A program made the translations under genes and the position numbers. From assembly GCA_009914755.4 (NCBI GenBank), contig CP068257.2, positions 1,856,001 through 1,920,000 of the forward strand: a stretch of 64,000 bases of DNA, given 5' to 3'. Positions 30,001 to 44,954 of the stretch are shown here, in pieces; position 1 is the first letter of the stretch; each line of letters begins with the position of its first letter. The notes beneath the pieces are model-generated. The model was not told the origin of the DNA. It made no database searches and worked only from the letters and a program-made list of their open reading frames with translations. This stretch comes from the human T2T-CHM13v2.0 reference genome, Homo sapiens.

Positions 30001-33000
30001 TACCCAACCATGTATTATATACTGTACATAAAATATAAAAGTACATCAAATATATATTTTATTCTGTACATAAAATATCAAAGTACACCAGATATATATT
30101 CTATAGTGTACATAAAATATCAAAGTACCCAAACTATACATTATATACTGTACATAAAATATGAAATTACATCAAATATATTTTATATTAGGAACATAAA
30201 ATATGAAAGTACATCAAATATAGATTATATACTGTACATAAAATATCAAAGTACCCCAAGTATATATTATATACTCTACAGGAAATATCAAAGTTCATAC
30301 ACTATATATTATATACTGTACATAAAATATCAAAGTACCCAAGGTATATATTCTATACTGTACAAAAAATATCAAAGTACCCAAAGCATGTATTATATTC
30401 TGTATATAAAATATGAAAGTACATCAAATATATATTTTATTCTGTACATAAAATATCAAAGTACACCAGATATATATTCTATAGTGTACATAAAATAACA
30501 AAGTACACAAACTATAAATTATATACTGTACATAAAATATGAGATTACATCAAATATATATTATATTAGGTACATAAAATATGAAAGTACATCAAATATA
30601 GATTATATACTGTACATAAAATATCAAAGTACCCCAAATATATATTATATACTCTACATGAAATATCAAAGTTCACAAACTATATATTATATACTGTACA
30701 TAAAATATCAAAGTACCCAAGGTATATATTCTATACTGTACAAAAAATATCAAAGTACCCAAAGCATGTATTATATACTGTACATAAAATATGAAAGTAC
30801 ATCAAATATATATTTTATTCTGTACATAAAATATCAAAGTACACCAGATATATATTCTATAGTGTAAATAAAATAACAAAGTACACAACTATACATTATA
30901 TACTGTACAGAAAATATGAAATTACATCAAATATATATTAGGTACATAAAATATGAAAGTACATCAAATATAGATTATATACTGTACATAAAATATCAAA
31001 GTACCCCAAATATATATTATATACTCTACATGAAATATCAAAGTTCACAAACTATATTTTATATACTGTACATAAAATATCAAAGTACCCAAGGTATATA
31101 TTCTATACTGTACAAAAAATATCAAAGTACCCAAAGCATGTATTATATACTGTATATAAAATATGAAAGTACATCAAATATATATTTTATTCTGTACATA
31201 AAATATCAAAGTACACCAGATATATATTCTATAGTGTACATAAAATAACAAAGTACACAAACTATAAATTATATACTGTACATAAAATATGAAATTACAT
31301 CAAACATATATTAGGTACATAAAATATGAAAGTACATCAAATATAGATTATATACTGTACATATAATATCAATGTACCCGAAATATATATTTTATACTCT
31401 ACATGAAATATCAAAGTTCACAAACCATATATTATATACTGTACATAAAATATCAAAGTACCCAAGGTATATATTCTATACTGTACAAAAAATATCAAAG
31501 TACCCAAAGCATGTATTATATACTGTACATAAAATATGAAATTACATCAAATATATATTTTATTCTGTACATAAAATATCAAAGTACACCAGATATATAT
31601 TCTATAGTGTACATAAAATATCAAAGTACCCAAACTATACATTATATACTGTACATAAAATATGAAATTACATCAAATATATATTATATACTGTACATTA
31701 AATACCAAAGTACCCCAAATATATATTTTATACTGTACATGAAATATCAAAGTTCACAAACTATATATTATATACTGTACATAAAATATCAAAGTACCCA
31801 ACGTATATATTCTATACTGTACAAAAAATATCAAAGTACCCAAAGCATGTATTATATACTGTACCTAAAATATGAAAGTACATCAAATATATATTTTATT
31901 CTGTACATAAAATATCAAAGTACACCAGATATATATTCTATAGTGTACATAAAATATCAAAGTACCCAAACTATACATTATATACCGTACATAAAATATG
32001 AAATTACATCAAATATATATTATATTAGGTACATAAAATATGAAAGTATATCAAATATAGATTATATACTGTACATAAAATATCAAAGTACCCCAAATAT
32101 ATATTATATACTCTACATGAAATATCAAAGTTCACAAACCATATATTATATACTGTACATAAAATAAAGTACCCAAGGTATATATTCTATACTGTAGAAA
32201 AGATATCAAAGTACCCAAAGCATGTATTATATACTGTATATAAAATATGAAAGTACATCAAATATATATTTTATTCTGTACATAAAATCTCAAAGTACAC
32301 CAGATATATATTCTATAGTGTACATAAAATAACAAAGTACAAAAACTATAAATTATATACTGTACATAAAATATGAAATTACATCAACTATATATTAGGT
32401 ACATAAAATATGAAAGTACATCAAATATAGATTATATACTGTACATAAAATATCAATGTACCCCAAATATATATTTTATACTCTGCATGAAATATCAAAG
32501 ATCACAAACCATATATTATATACTGTATATAAAATATCAAAGTACCCAAGGTATATATTCTATACTATACAAAAAATATCAAAGTACCCAAAGCATGTAT
32601 TATATACTGTACATAAAATATAAAAGTACATCAAATATATATTTTATTCTGTACATAAAATATCAAAGTACACCAGATATATATTCTATAGTGTACATAA
32701 AATATCAAAGTACCCAAACTATACATTATATACTGTACATAAAATATGAAATTACATCAAATATATTTTATATTAGGAACATAAAATATGAAAGTACATC
32801 AAATATAGATTATATACTGTACATAAAATATCAAAGTACCCCAAGTATATATTATATACTCTACAGGAAATATCAAAGTTCATACACTATATATTATATA
32901 CTGTACATAAAATATCAAAGTACCGAAGGTATATATTCTATACTGTACAAAAAATATCAAAGTACCCAAAGCATGTATTATATTCTGTATATAAAATATG

Positions 33001-34250
33001 AAAGTACATCAAATATATATTTTATTCTGTACATAAAATATCAAAGTACACCAGATATATATTCTATAGTGTACATAAAATAACAAAGTACACAAACTAT
33101 AAATTATATACTGTACATAAAATATGAGATTACATCAAATATATATTATATTAGGTACATAAAATATGAAAGTACATCAAATATAGATTATATACTGTAC
33201 ATAAAATATCAAAGTACCCCAAATATATATTATATACTCTACATGAAATATCAAAGTTCACAAACTATATATTATATACTGTACATAAAATATCAAAATA
33301 CCCAAGGTATATATTCTATACTGTACAAAAAATATCAAAGTACCCAAAGCATGTATTATATACTGTACATAAAATATGAAAGTACATCAAATATATATTT
33401 TATTCTGTACATAAAATATCAAAGTACACCAGATATATATTCTATAGTGTAAATAAAATAACAAAGTACACAACTATACATTATATACTGTACAGAAAAT
33501 ATGAAATTACATCAAATATATATTAGGTACATAAAATATGAAAGTACATCAAATATAGATTATATACTGTACATAAAATATCAAAGTACCCCAAATATAT
33601 ATTATATACTCTACATGAAATATCAAAGTTCACAAACTATATTTTATATACTGTACATAAAATATCAAAGTACCCAAGGTATATATTCTATACTGTACAA
33701 AAAATATCAAAGTACCCAAAGCATGTATTATATACTGTATATAAAATATGAAAGTACATCAAATATATATTTTATTCTGTACATAAAATATCAAAGTACA
33801 CCAGATATATATTCTATAGTGTACATAAAATAACAAAGTACACAAACTATAAATTATATACTGTACATAAAATATGAAATTACATCAAACATATATTAGG
33901 TACATAAAATATGAAAGTACATCAAATATAGATTATATACTGTACATATAATATCAATGTACCCGAAATATATATTTTATACTCTACATGAAATATCAAA
34001 GTTCACAAACCATATATTATATACTGTACATAAAATATCAAAGTACCCAAGGTATATATTCTATACTGTACAAAAAATATCAAAGTACCCAAAGCATGTA
34101 TTATATACTGTACATAAAATATGAAATTACATCAAATATATATTTTATTCTGTACATAAAATATCAAAGTACACCAGATATATATTCTATAGTGTACATA
34201 AAATATCAAAGTACCCTAACTATACATTATATACTGTACATAAAATATGA
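27040..34250 (+). repeat. 2584/2585-bp super-repeat (~7 HOR units), about 2.8 tandem copies.
   Basis: ORF triplets recur at constant offset: 27204/29789/32373 (MKLHQLYIRY.., 'attacatcaactatatattag' variant), 28074/30658/33243, 28332/30916/33501 and 28819/31403/33988. The 254-aa ORFs at 28819 and 31403 are identical. The third copy diverges after ~34250. Confidence 0.8.
29571..29651 (+). repeat. Marker monomer pair. 'E-del' is a 39-bp E monomer (gtacataaaataaagtacccaagg..., a 3-bp deletion creating an in-frame TAA). 'F-tag' is an F monomer beginning gtagaaaa. This is the first of 13 occurrences, all between 29.5 and 61.5 kb.
   Basis: Read directly. Further copies begin at ~32155, 35491, 44846, 48980, 50860, 51608, 52356, 53860, 56115, 56863, 58367 and 61415. 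I did not find it in 1-29500. Confidence 0.8.
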
Positions 34251-34860
34251 AATTACATCAAATATAGACTATATACTGTACATTAAATACCAAAGTACCA
34301 CAAATATATATTTTATACTGTACATGAAATATCAAAGTACACACACTATATATTATATACTGTACATAAAATATCAAAATACCCAACTTATATATTCTAT
34401 ACTGTACAAAAAACATCAAAGTACCCAAAGCATGTATTATATACTGTACATAAAATATGAAAGTACATCAAATATATCTTTTATTCTGTACATAATATAT
34501 CAAAGTACACCAGATATATATTCTATAGTGTACATAAAATAACAAAGTACAAAAAATATAAATTCTATACTGTACCTAAAATATGAAATTACATCAAACA
34601 CATATTAGGTACATAAAATATGAAAGTACATCAAATATAGATTATATACTGTACATAAAATATCAATGTACCCCAAATATATATTTTATACTCTACATGA
34701 AATATCAAATTTCACAAAACATATATTATATACTGTACATAAAATATCAAAGTACCCAAGGTATATATTCTATACTGTACAAAAAATATCAAAGTACCCA
34801 AAGCATGTATTTTATACTGTACATAAAATATGAAAGTACATCAAATATATATTTTATTCT
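34250..34860 (+). repeat. Variant block 'X', copy 1 of 3 (others at ~36880-37480 and ~40720-41340). Diagnostic variants: 'tatagactat', 'accacaaat', 'gtacacacact', 'cccaactta', 'aaaaaacatcaaag', 'atatctttt', 'cataatatatcaaag', 'gtacaaaaaatataaattctatact', 'gtacctaaaatatgaaattacatcaaacacatattag', 'atttcacaaaacat', 'gcatgtattttatact'.
   Basis: The three places were read and compared directly. The ORF fragments '...STTNIYFILYMKYQSTHTIYY..QLIYSILYKKHQST' recur in 33988.., 36460.. and 39926.., and 'MKLHQTHIRY' at 34583 and 37211. Confidence 0.6.
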
Positions 34861-36879
34861 GTACATAAAATATCAAAGTACACCAGATATATATTCTATA
34901 GTGTACATAAAATATCAAAGTACCCAAACTATACATTATATACTATACATAAAATATGAAATTACATCAAATATATATTATATTAGGTACATAAAATACG
35001 AAAGTACATCAAATATAGATTATATACTCTACATTAAATACCAAAGTACCCCAAATATATATTTTATGCTGTACATGAAATATCAAAGTTCACAAACTAT
35101 ATATTATATACTGTACATAAAATATCAAAGTACCCAACGTATATATTCTATACTGTACAAAAAATATCAAAGTACCCAAAGCATGTATTATATACTGTAC
35201 CTAAAATATGAAAGTACATCAAATATATATTTTATTCTGTACATAAAATATCAAAGTACACCAGATATATATTCTATAGTGTACATAAAATATCAAAGTA
35301 CCCAAACTATACATTATATACTGTACATAAAATATGAAATTACATCAAATATATATTATATTAGGTACATAAAATATGAAAGTATATCAAATATAGATTA
35401 TATACTGTACATAAAATATCAAAGTACCCCAAATATATATTATATACTCTACATGAAATATCAAAGTTCACAAACCATATATTATATACTGTACATAAAA
35501 TAAAGTACCCAAGGTATATATTCTATACTGTAGAAAAAATATCAAAGTACCCAAAGCATGTATTATATACTGTATATAAAATATGAAAGTACATCAAATA
35601 TATATTTTATTCTGTACATAAAATCTCAAAGTACACCAGATATATATTCTATAGTGTACATAAAATAACAAAGTACAAAAACTATAAATTATATACTGTA
35701 CATAAAATATGAAATTACATCAACTATATATTAGGTACATAAAATATGAAAGTACACCAAATATAGATTATATACTGTACATAAAATATCAATGTACCCC
35801 AAATATATATTTTATACTCTGCATGAAATATCAAAGATCACAAACCATATATTATATACTGTATATAGAATATCAAAGTACCCAAGGTATATATTCTATA
35901 CTGTACAAAAAATAACAAAGTACCAAAAGCATGTATTATATACTGTACATAAAATATGAAAGTACATCAAATATAGATTTTATTCTGTTCATAAATTATC
36001 AAAGTACAACAGATATATATTCTATAGTGTACATAAAATATCAAAGTACCCAAACTATACATTATATACTGTACATAAAACATGAAATTACATAAAATAT
36101 ATATTATATTAGGTACATAAAATATTAAAGTACATCAAATATAGATTATATACTGTACATTAAATAGCAAAGTACCCCAAATATATATTTTATACTGTCC
36201 CTGAAATATCAAAGTTCACAAACTATATATTATATACTATACATAAAATATCAAAGTACCCAAGGTATATATTCTATACTGTACAAAAAATATCAAAGTA
36301 CCCAAAGCACGTATTATATACTGTACATAAAATATGAAAGTACATCAAATATATATTTTCTTCTGTACATAGAATATCAAAGTACACCAGATATATATTC
36401 TATAGTGTACATAAAATATCAAAGTACCCAAACTATACATTATATACTGTACATAAAATATGAAATTACATCAAATTTATATTAGGTACATAAAATATGA
36501 AAGTACATCAAATATAGATTATATACTGTACATAAAATATCAAAGTACCCCAAATATATATTATATACTCTACATGAAATATCAAAGTTCACAAACTATA
36601 TATTATATACTGCACATAAAATATCAAAGTATCCAAGGTATGTATTCTATACTGTACAAAAAATATCAAAGTACCCAAAGCATGTATTATATACTGTATA
36701 TAAAATATGAAAGTACATCAAATATATATTTTATTCTGTACATAAAATATCAAAGTACACCAGATATATATTCTATAGTGTACATAAAATATCAAAGTAC
36801 CCAAACTATACATTATATACTGTACATAAAATATGAAATTACATCAAATATATATTATATTAGGTACATAAAATATGAA

Positions 36880-39800
36880 AGTACATCAAATATAGACTAT
36901 ATACTGTACATTAAATACCAAAGTACCACAAATATATATTTTATACTGTACATGAAATATCAAAGTACACACACTATATATTATATACTGTACATAAAAT
37001 ATCAAAGTACCCAACTTATATATTCTATACTGTACAAAAAACATCAAAGTACCTAAAGCATGTATTATATACTGTACATAAAATATGAAAGTACATCAAA
37101 TATATCTTTTATTCTGTACATAATATATCAAAGTACACCAGATATATATTCTATAGTGTACATAAAATAACAAAGTACAAAAAATATAAATTCTATACTG
37201 TACCTAAAATATGAAATTACATCAAACACATATTAGGTACATAAAATATGAAAGTACATCAAACATAGATTATATACTGTACATAAAATATCAATGTACC
37301 CCAAATATATATTTTATAATCTACATGAAATATCAAATTTCACAAAACATATATTATATACTGTACATAAAATATCAAAGTATCCATGGTATATATTCTA
37401 TACTGTACAAAAAATATCAAAGTACCCAAAGCATGTATTTTATACTGTACATAAAATATGAAAGTACATCAAATATATATTTTATTCTGTACATGAAATA
37501 TCAAACTACCCAAAACATGTATTATATACTGTACATAAAATATGAAAGTACATCAAATATATATTTTATTCTGTACATAAAATATTAAAGTACACCAGAT
37601 ATATATTCTATAGTGTACATAAAATAACAAAGTACACAAACTATAAATTATATACTGTACATAAAATATGAAATTACATCAAATATATATTAGGTACATA
37701 AAATATGAAAGTACATCAAACATAGATTATATACTGTACATAAAATTTCAATGTACCCCAAATATATATTTTATACTCTACATGAAATATCAAAGTTCAC
37801 AAACAATATATTATATACTGTACATAAAATATCAAAGTACCCAAGGTATATATTCTATACTATACAAAAAATATCAAAGTACCCAAAGCATGTATTATAT
37901 ACTGTACCTAAAATATGAAAGTACATCAAATATATATTTTATTCTGTACATAAAATATCAAAGTACACCAGATATATATTCTATAGTGTACATAAAATAT
38001 CAAAGTACCCAAACTATACATTATATACTGTACATAAAATATGAAATTACATCAAATATATTTTATATTAGGTACATAAAATATGAAGGTACATCAAATA
38101 TAGATTATATACTGTACATTAAATACCAAAGTACCCCAAATATATATTTTATACTGTACATGAAATATCAAAGTTCACAAACTATATATTATATACTGTA
38201 CATATAATATCAAAGTACCCAAGGTATATATTCTATACTGTACAAAAAATAACAAAGTACCAAAAGCATGTATAATACACTGTACATAAAATATGAAAGT
38301 ACATCAAATATATATTTTATTCTGTACATAAAATATCAAAGTACACCAGATATATATTCTATAGTGTACATAAAATATCAAAGTACCCAAACTATACATT
38401 ATATACTGTAAATAAAATATGAAATTACATCAAATATATTTTATATTAGGTACACAAAATATGAAAGTACATCAAATATAGATTATATACTGTACATTAA
38501 ATACCAAAGTACCCCAAATATATATTTTATACTGTACATGAAATATCAAAGTTCACAAACTATATATTATATGCTGTTCATAATATATCAAAGTCCCCAA
38601 GGTATATATTCTATACTGTACAAAAAATATCAAAGTACCCAAAGCATGTATAATACACTGTACATAAAATATGAAAGTACATCAAATATATATTTTATTC
38701 TGTACATAAAATATCAAAGTACACCAGATATATATTCTATAGTGTGCATAAAATATCAAAGTACCCAAACTATACATTATATACTGTAAATAAAATATGA
38801 AATTACATCAAATATATTTTATATTAGGTACACAAAATATGAAAGTACATCAAATATAGATTATATACTGTACATTAAATACCAAAGTACCCCAAATATA
38901 TATTTTATACTGTACATGAAATATCAAAGTTCACAAACTATATATTATATACTGTTCATAAAATATCAAAGTCCCCAAGGTATATATTCTATACTGTACA
39001 AAAAATATCAAAGTACCCAAAGCATGTATTATATACTGTAAATAAAATATGAAAGTACATCAAATATATATTTTATTCTGTACATAATATATCAAAGTAC
39101 ACCAGATATATATTCTATAGTGTACATAAAATAACAAAGTACACAAACTATACATTATATACTGTACATAAAATATGAAATTACATCAAATATATATTAG
39201 GTACATAAAATATGAAAGTACATCAAATATAGATTATATACTGTACATAAAATATCAATGTACCCCAAATATATATTTTATACTATACATGAAATATCAA
39301 AGTTCACAAACCATATATTGTATACTGCACATAAAATATCAAAGTACCCAAGGTATATGTCCTATACTGTACAAAAAATATCAAAGTACCCAAAGCATGT
39401 ATTATATACTGTACCTAAAATATGAAAGTACATCAAATATATATTTTATTCCGTACATAAAATATCAAAGTACACCAGATATATATTCTATAGTGTACAT
39501 AAAATATGAAAGTACACAAACTATACATTATATACTGTACATAATATATGAAATTACATCAAATATATATTATATAAGGTACATAAAATATGAAAGTACA
39601 TCAAATATAGATTATATACTGTACATTAAATACCAAAGAACAACAAATATATATTATATACTCTACATGAAATATCAAAGTTCACAAACTATATATTATA
39701 TACTGTACATAAAATATCAAAGTACCCAAGGTATATATTCTATACTGTACAAAAAATATCAAAGTACCCAAAGCATGTATTATATACTGTATATAAAATA

Positions 39801-42800
39801 TGAAAGTACATCAAATATATATTTTATTCTGTACATAAAATGTCAAAGTACACCAGATATATATTCTATAGTGTACATAAAATAACAAAGTACAAAAACT
39901 ATAAATTATATACTGTACATAAAATATGAAATTACATCAAATATATATTAGGCACATAAAATATGAAAGCACATCAAATATAGATTATATACTGTACATA
40001 AAATATCAAAGTACCCCAAATATATATTATATACTCTACATGAAATATCAAAGTTCACAAACTATATATTATATACTGTACATAAAATATCAAAGTACCC
40101 AAGGTATATATTCTATAATGTACAAAAAATATCAAAGTACCCAAAGCGTGTATTATATACTGTATATAAAATATGAAATTACATCAAATATATATTTTAT
40201 TCTGTACATAAAATATCAAAGTACACCAGATATATATTCTGTAGTGTACATAAAATATCAAAGTACCCAAACTATACATTATATACTGTACATAAAATAT
40301 GAAATTACATCAAATATATATTATATTAGGTACATAAAATATGAAAGTACATCAAATATAGATTATATACTGTACATTAAATACCAAAGTACCCCAAATA
40401 TATATTTTATACTGTACATGAAATATCAAAGTTCACAAACTATATATTATATACTGTACATAAAATATCAAAGTACCCAAGGTATATATTCTATACTGTA
40501 CAAAAAATATCAAAGTACCCAAAGCATGTATTATATACTGTACCTAAAATATGAAAGTACATCAAATATATATTTTATTCTGTACATAAAATATCAAAGT
40601 ACACCAGATATATATTCTATAGTGTACATAAAATATCAAAGTACCCAAACTATACATTATATACTCTATATAAAATATGAGATTACATCAAATATATATT
40701 ATATTAGGTACATAAAATATGAAAGTACATCAAATATAGACTATATACTGTACATTAAATACCAAAGTACCACAAATATATATTTTATACTGTACATGAA
40801 ATATCAAAGTACACACACTATATATTATATACTGTACATAAAATATCAAAGTACCCAACTTATATATTCTATACTGTACAAAAAACATCAAAGTACCCAA
40901 AGCATGTATTATATACTGTACATAAAATATGAAAGTACATCAAATATATCTTTTATTCTGTACATAATATATCAAAGTACACCAGATATATATTCTATAG
41001 TGTACATAAAATAACAAAGTACAAAAAATATAAATTCTATACTGTACCTAAAATATGAAATTACATCAAACACATATTAGGTACATAAAATATGAAAGTA
41101 CATGAAATATAGATTATATACTGTACATAAAATATCAATGTACCCCAAATATATATTTTATACTCTACATGAAATATGAAATTTCACAAACTATATATTA
41201 TATACTGTACATAAAATATCAAAGTACCCAAGGTATATATTCTATACTGTACAAAAAATATCAAAGTACCCAAAGCATGTATTTTATACTGTACATAAAA
41301 TATGAAAGTACATCAAATATATATTTTATTCTGTACATGAAATATCAAACTACCCAAAACATGTATTATATACTGTACATAAAATATCAAAGTATCCATG
41401 GTATATATTCTATACTGTACATGAAATATCAAAGTTCAAAAACTATATATTATATACTGTACATAAAATATCAAAGTACCCATGGTATATATTCTATACT
41501 GTACAAAAAATACCAAAGTACCCAAAGCATGTATTATATACTGTACATAAAATATGAAAGTACATCAAATATATATTTTATTCTGTACATAAAATATTAA
41601 AGTACACCAGATATATATTCTATAGTGTACATAAAATAACAAAGTACACAAACTATAAATTATATACTGTACATAAAATATGAAATTACATCAAATATAT
41701 ATTAGGTACATAAAATATGAAAGTACATCAAACATAGATTATATACTGTACATAAAATTTCAATGTACCCCAAATATATATTTTATACTCTACATGAAAT
41801 ATCAAAGTTCACAAACCATATATTATATACTGTACATAAAATATCAAAGTACCCAAGGTATATATTCTATACTATACAAAAAATATCAAAGTACCCAAAG
41901 CATGTATTATATACTGTACCTAAAATATGAAAGTACATCAAATATATATTTTATTCTGTACATAAAATATCAAAGTACACCAGATATATATTCTATAGTG
42001 TACATAAAATATCAAAGTACCCAAACTATACATCATATACTGTACATAAAATATGAAATTACATCAAATATATTTTATATTAGGTACATAAAATATGAAG
42101 GTACATCAAATATAGATTATATACTGTACATTAAATACCAAAGTACCCCAAATATATATTTTATACTGTACATGAAATATCAAAGTTCACAAACTATATA
42201 TTATATACTGTACATATAATATCAAAGTACCCAAGGTATATATTCTATACTGTACAAAAAATAACAAAGTACCAAAAGCATGTATAATACACTGTACATA
42301 AAATATGAAAGTACATCAAATATATATTTTATTCTGTACATAAAATATCAAAGTACACCAGATATATATTCTATAGTGTACATAAAATATCAAAGTACCC
42401 AAACTATACATTATATACTGTAAATAAAATATGAAATTACATCAAATATATTTTATATTAGGTACACAAAATATGAAAGTACATCAAATATAGATTATAT
42501 ACTGTACATTAAATACCAAAGTACCCCAAATATATATTTTATACTGTACATGAAATATCAAAGTTCACAAACTATATATTATATGCTGTTCATAATATAT
42601 CAAAGTCCCCAAGGTATATATTCTATACTGTACAAAAAATATCAAAGTACCCAAAGCATGTATAATACACTGTACATAAAATATGAAAGTACATCAAATA
42701 TATATTTTATTCTGTACATAAAATATCAAAGTACACCAGATATATATTCTATAGTGTGCATAAAATATCAAAGTACCCAAACTATACATTATATACTGTA

Positions 42801-44750
42801 AATAAAATATGAAATTACATCAAATATATTTTATATTAGGTACACAAAATATGAAAGTACATCAAATATAGATTATATACTGTACATTAAATACCAAAGT
42901 ACCCCAAATATATATTTTATACTGTACATGAAATATCAAAGTTCACAAACTATATATTATATACTGTTCATAAAATATCAAAGTCCCCAAGGTATATATT
43001 CTATACTGTACAAAAAATATCAAAGTACCCAAAGCATGTATTATATACTGTAAATAAAATATGAAAGTACATCAAATATATATTTTATTCTGTACATAAT
43101 ATATCAAAGTACACCAGATATATATTCTATAGTGTACATAAAATAACAAAGTACACAAACTATACATTATATACTGTACATAAAATATGAAATTACATCA
43201 AATATATATTAGGTACATAAAATATGAAAGTACATCAAATATAGATTATATACTGTACATAAAATATCAATGTACCCCAAATATATATTTTATACTATAC
43301 ATGAAATATCAAAGTTCACAAACCATATATTGTATACTGCACATAAAATATCAAAGTACCCAAGGTATATGTCCTATACTGTACAAAAAATATCAAAGTA
43401 CCCAAAGCATGTATTATATACTGTACCTAAAATATGAAAGTACATCAAATATATATTTTATTCCGTACATAAAATATCAAAGTACACCAGATATATATTC
43501 TATAGTGTACATAAAATATGAAAGTACACAAACTATACATTATATACTGTACATAATATATGAAATTACATCAAATATATATTATATAAGGTACATAAAA
43601 TATGAAAGTACATCAAATATAGATTATATACTGTACATTAAATACCAAAGAACAACAAATATATATTATATACTCTACATGAAATATCAAAGTTCACAAA
43701 CTATATATTATATACTGTACATAAAATATCAAAGTACCCAAGGTATATATTCTATACTGTACAAAAAATATCAAAGTACCCAAAGCATGTATTATATACT
43801 GTATATAAAATATGAAAGTACATCAAATATATATTTTATTCTGTACATAAAATATCAAAGTACACCAGATATATATTCTATAGTGTACATAAAATAACAA
43901 AGTACAAAAACTATAAATTATATACTGTACATAAAATATGAAATTACATCAAATATATATTAGGCACATAAAATATGAAAGTACATCAAATATAGATTAT
44001 ATACTGTACATAAAATATCAAAGTACCCCAAATATATATTATATACTCTACATGAAATATCAAAGTTCACAAACTATATATTATATACTGTACATAAAAT
44101 ATCAAAGTACCCAAGGTATATATTCTATAATGTACAAAAAATATCAAAGTACCCAAAGCGTGTATTATATACTGTATATAAAATATGAAATTACATCAAA
44201 TATATATTTTATTCTGTACATAAAATATCAAAGTACACCAGATATATATTCTGTAGTGTACATAAAATATCAAAGTACCCAAACTATACATTATATACTG
44301 TACATAAAATATGAAATTACATCAAATATATATTATATTAGGTACATAAAATATGAAAGTACATCAAATATAGATTATATACTGTACATTAAATACCAAA
44401 GTACCCCAAATATATATTTTATACTGTACATGAAATATCAAAGTTCACAAACTATATATTATATACTGTACATAAAATATCAAAGTACCCAAGGTATATA
44501 TTCTATACTGTACAAAAAATATCAAAGTACCCAAAGCATGTATTATATACTGTACCTAAAATATGAAAGTACATCAAATATATATTTTATTCTGTACATA
44601 AAATATCAAAGTACACCAGATATATATTCTATAGTGTACATAAAATATCAAAGTACCCAAACTATACATTATATACTGTACATAAAATATGAAATTACAT
44701 CAAACATATATTATATTAGGTACATAAAATATGAAAGTACATCAAATATA
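36880..44750 (+). repeat. Tandem duplication of a ~3.85-4.0-kb unit (copy 1 ~36880-40720, copy 2 ~40720-44750). Copy 2 has an extra 168 bp. Each copy begins with block X.
   Basis: Offset 3844 holds for 37211 vs 41055 (atg of 'MKLHQTHIRY'). Offset 4012 holds for 37668/41680, 38538/42550, 39175/43187 and 39926/43938 (first 236 aa identical). Confidence 0.7.
41345..41512 (+). repeat. 168-bp (4-monomer) insertion present in copy 2 but absent at the corresponding point (~37500) of copy 1.
   Basis: The copy offset changes from 3844 to 4012 across this point. The inserted monomers carry the 'gtatccatgg', 'gttcaaaaact', 'cccatggtat' and 'aaaaaataccaaag' variants. Confidence 0.55.
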
Positions 44751-44954
44751 GATTATACACTGTACATAAAATATCAAAGTACCCCAAATATATATTTTAT
44801 ACTGTACATGAAATATCAAAGTTCACAAACTATATATTATATACTGTACATAAAATAAAGTCCCCAAGGTATATATTCTATACTGTACAAAAATATCAAA
44901 GTACCCAAAGCATGTATTATATACACTACATAAAATATGAAATTACATCAAATA

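Noticed and set aside
41345-41512. The 168-bp extra segment in copy 2 as a possible foreign insertion or mobile element.
   Set aside because: It consists of four ordinary satellite monomers with minor variants (ccatgg, gttcaaaaact). It is an in-register monomer-number difference, not foreign DNA.
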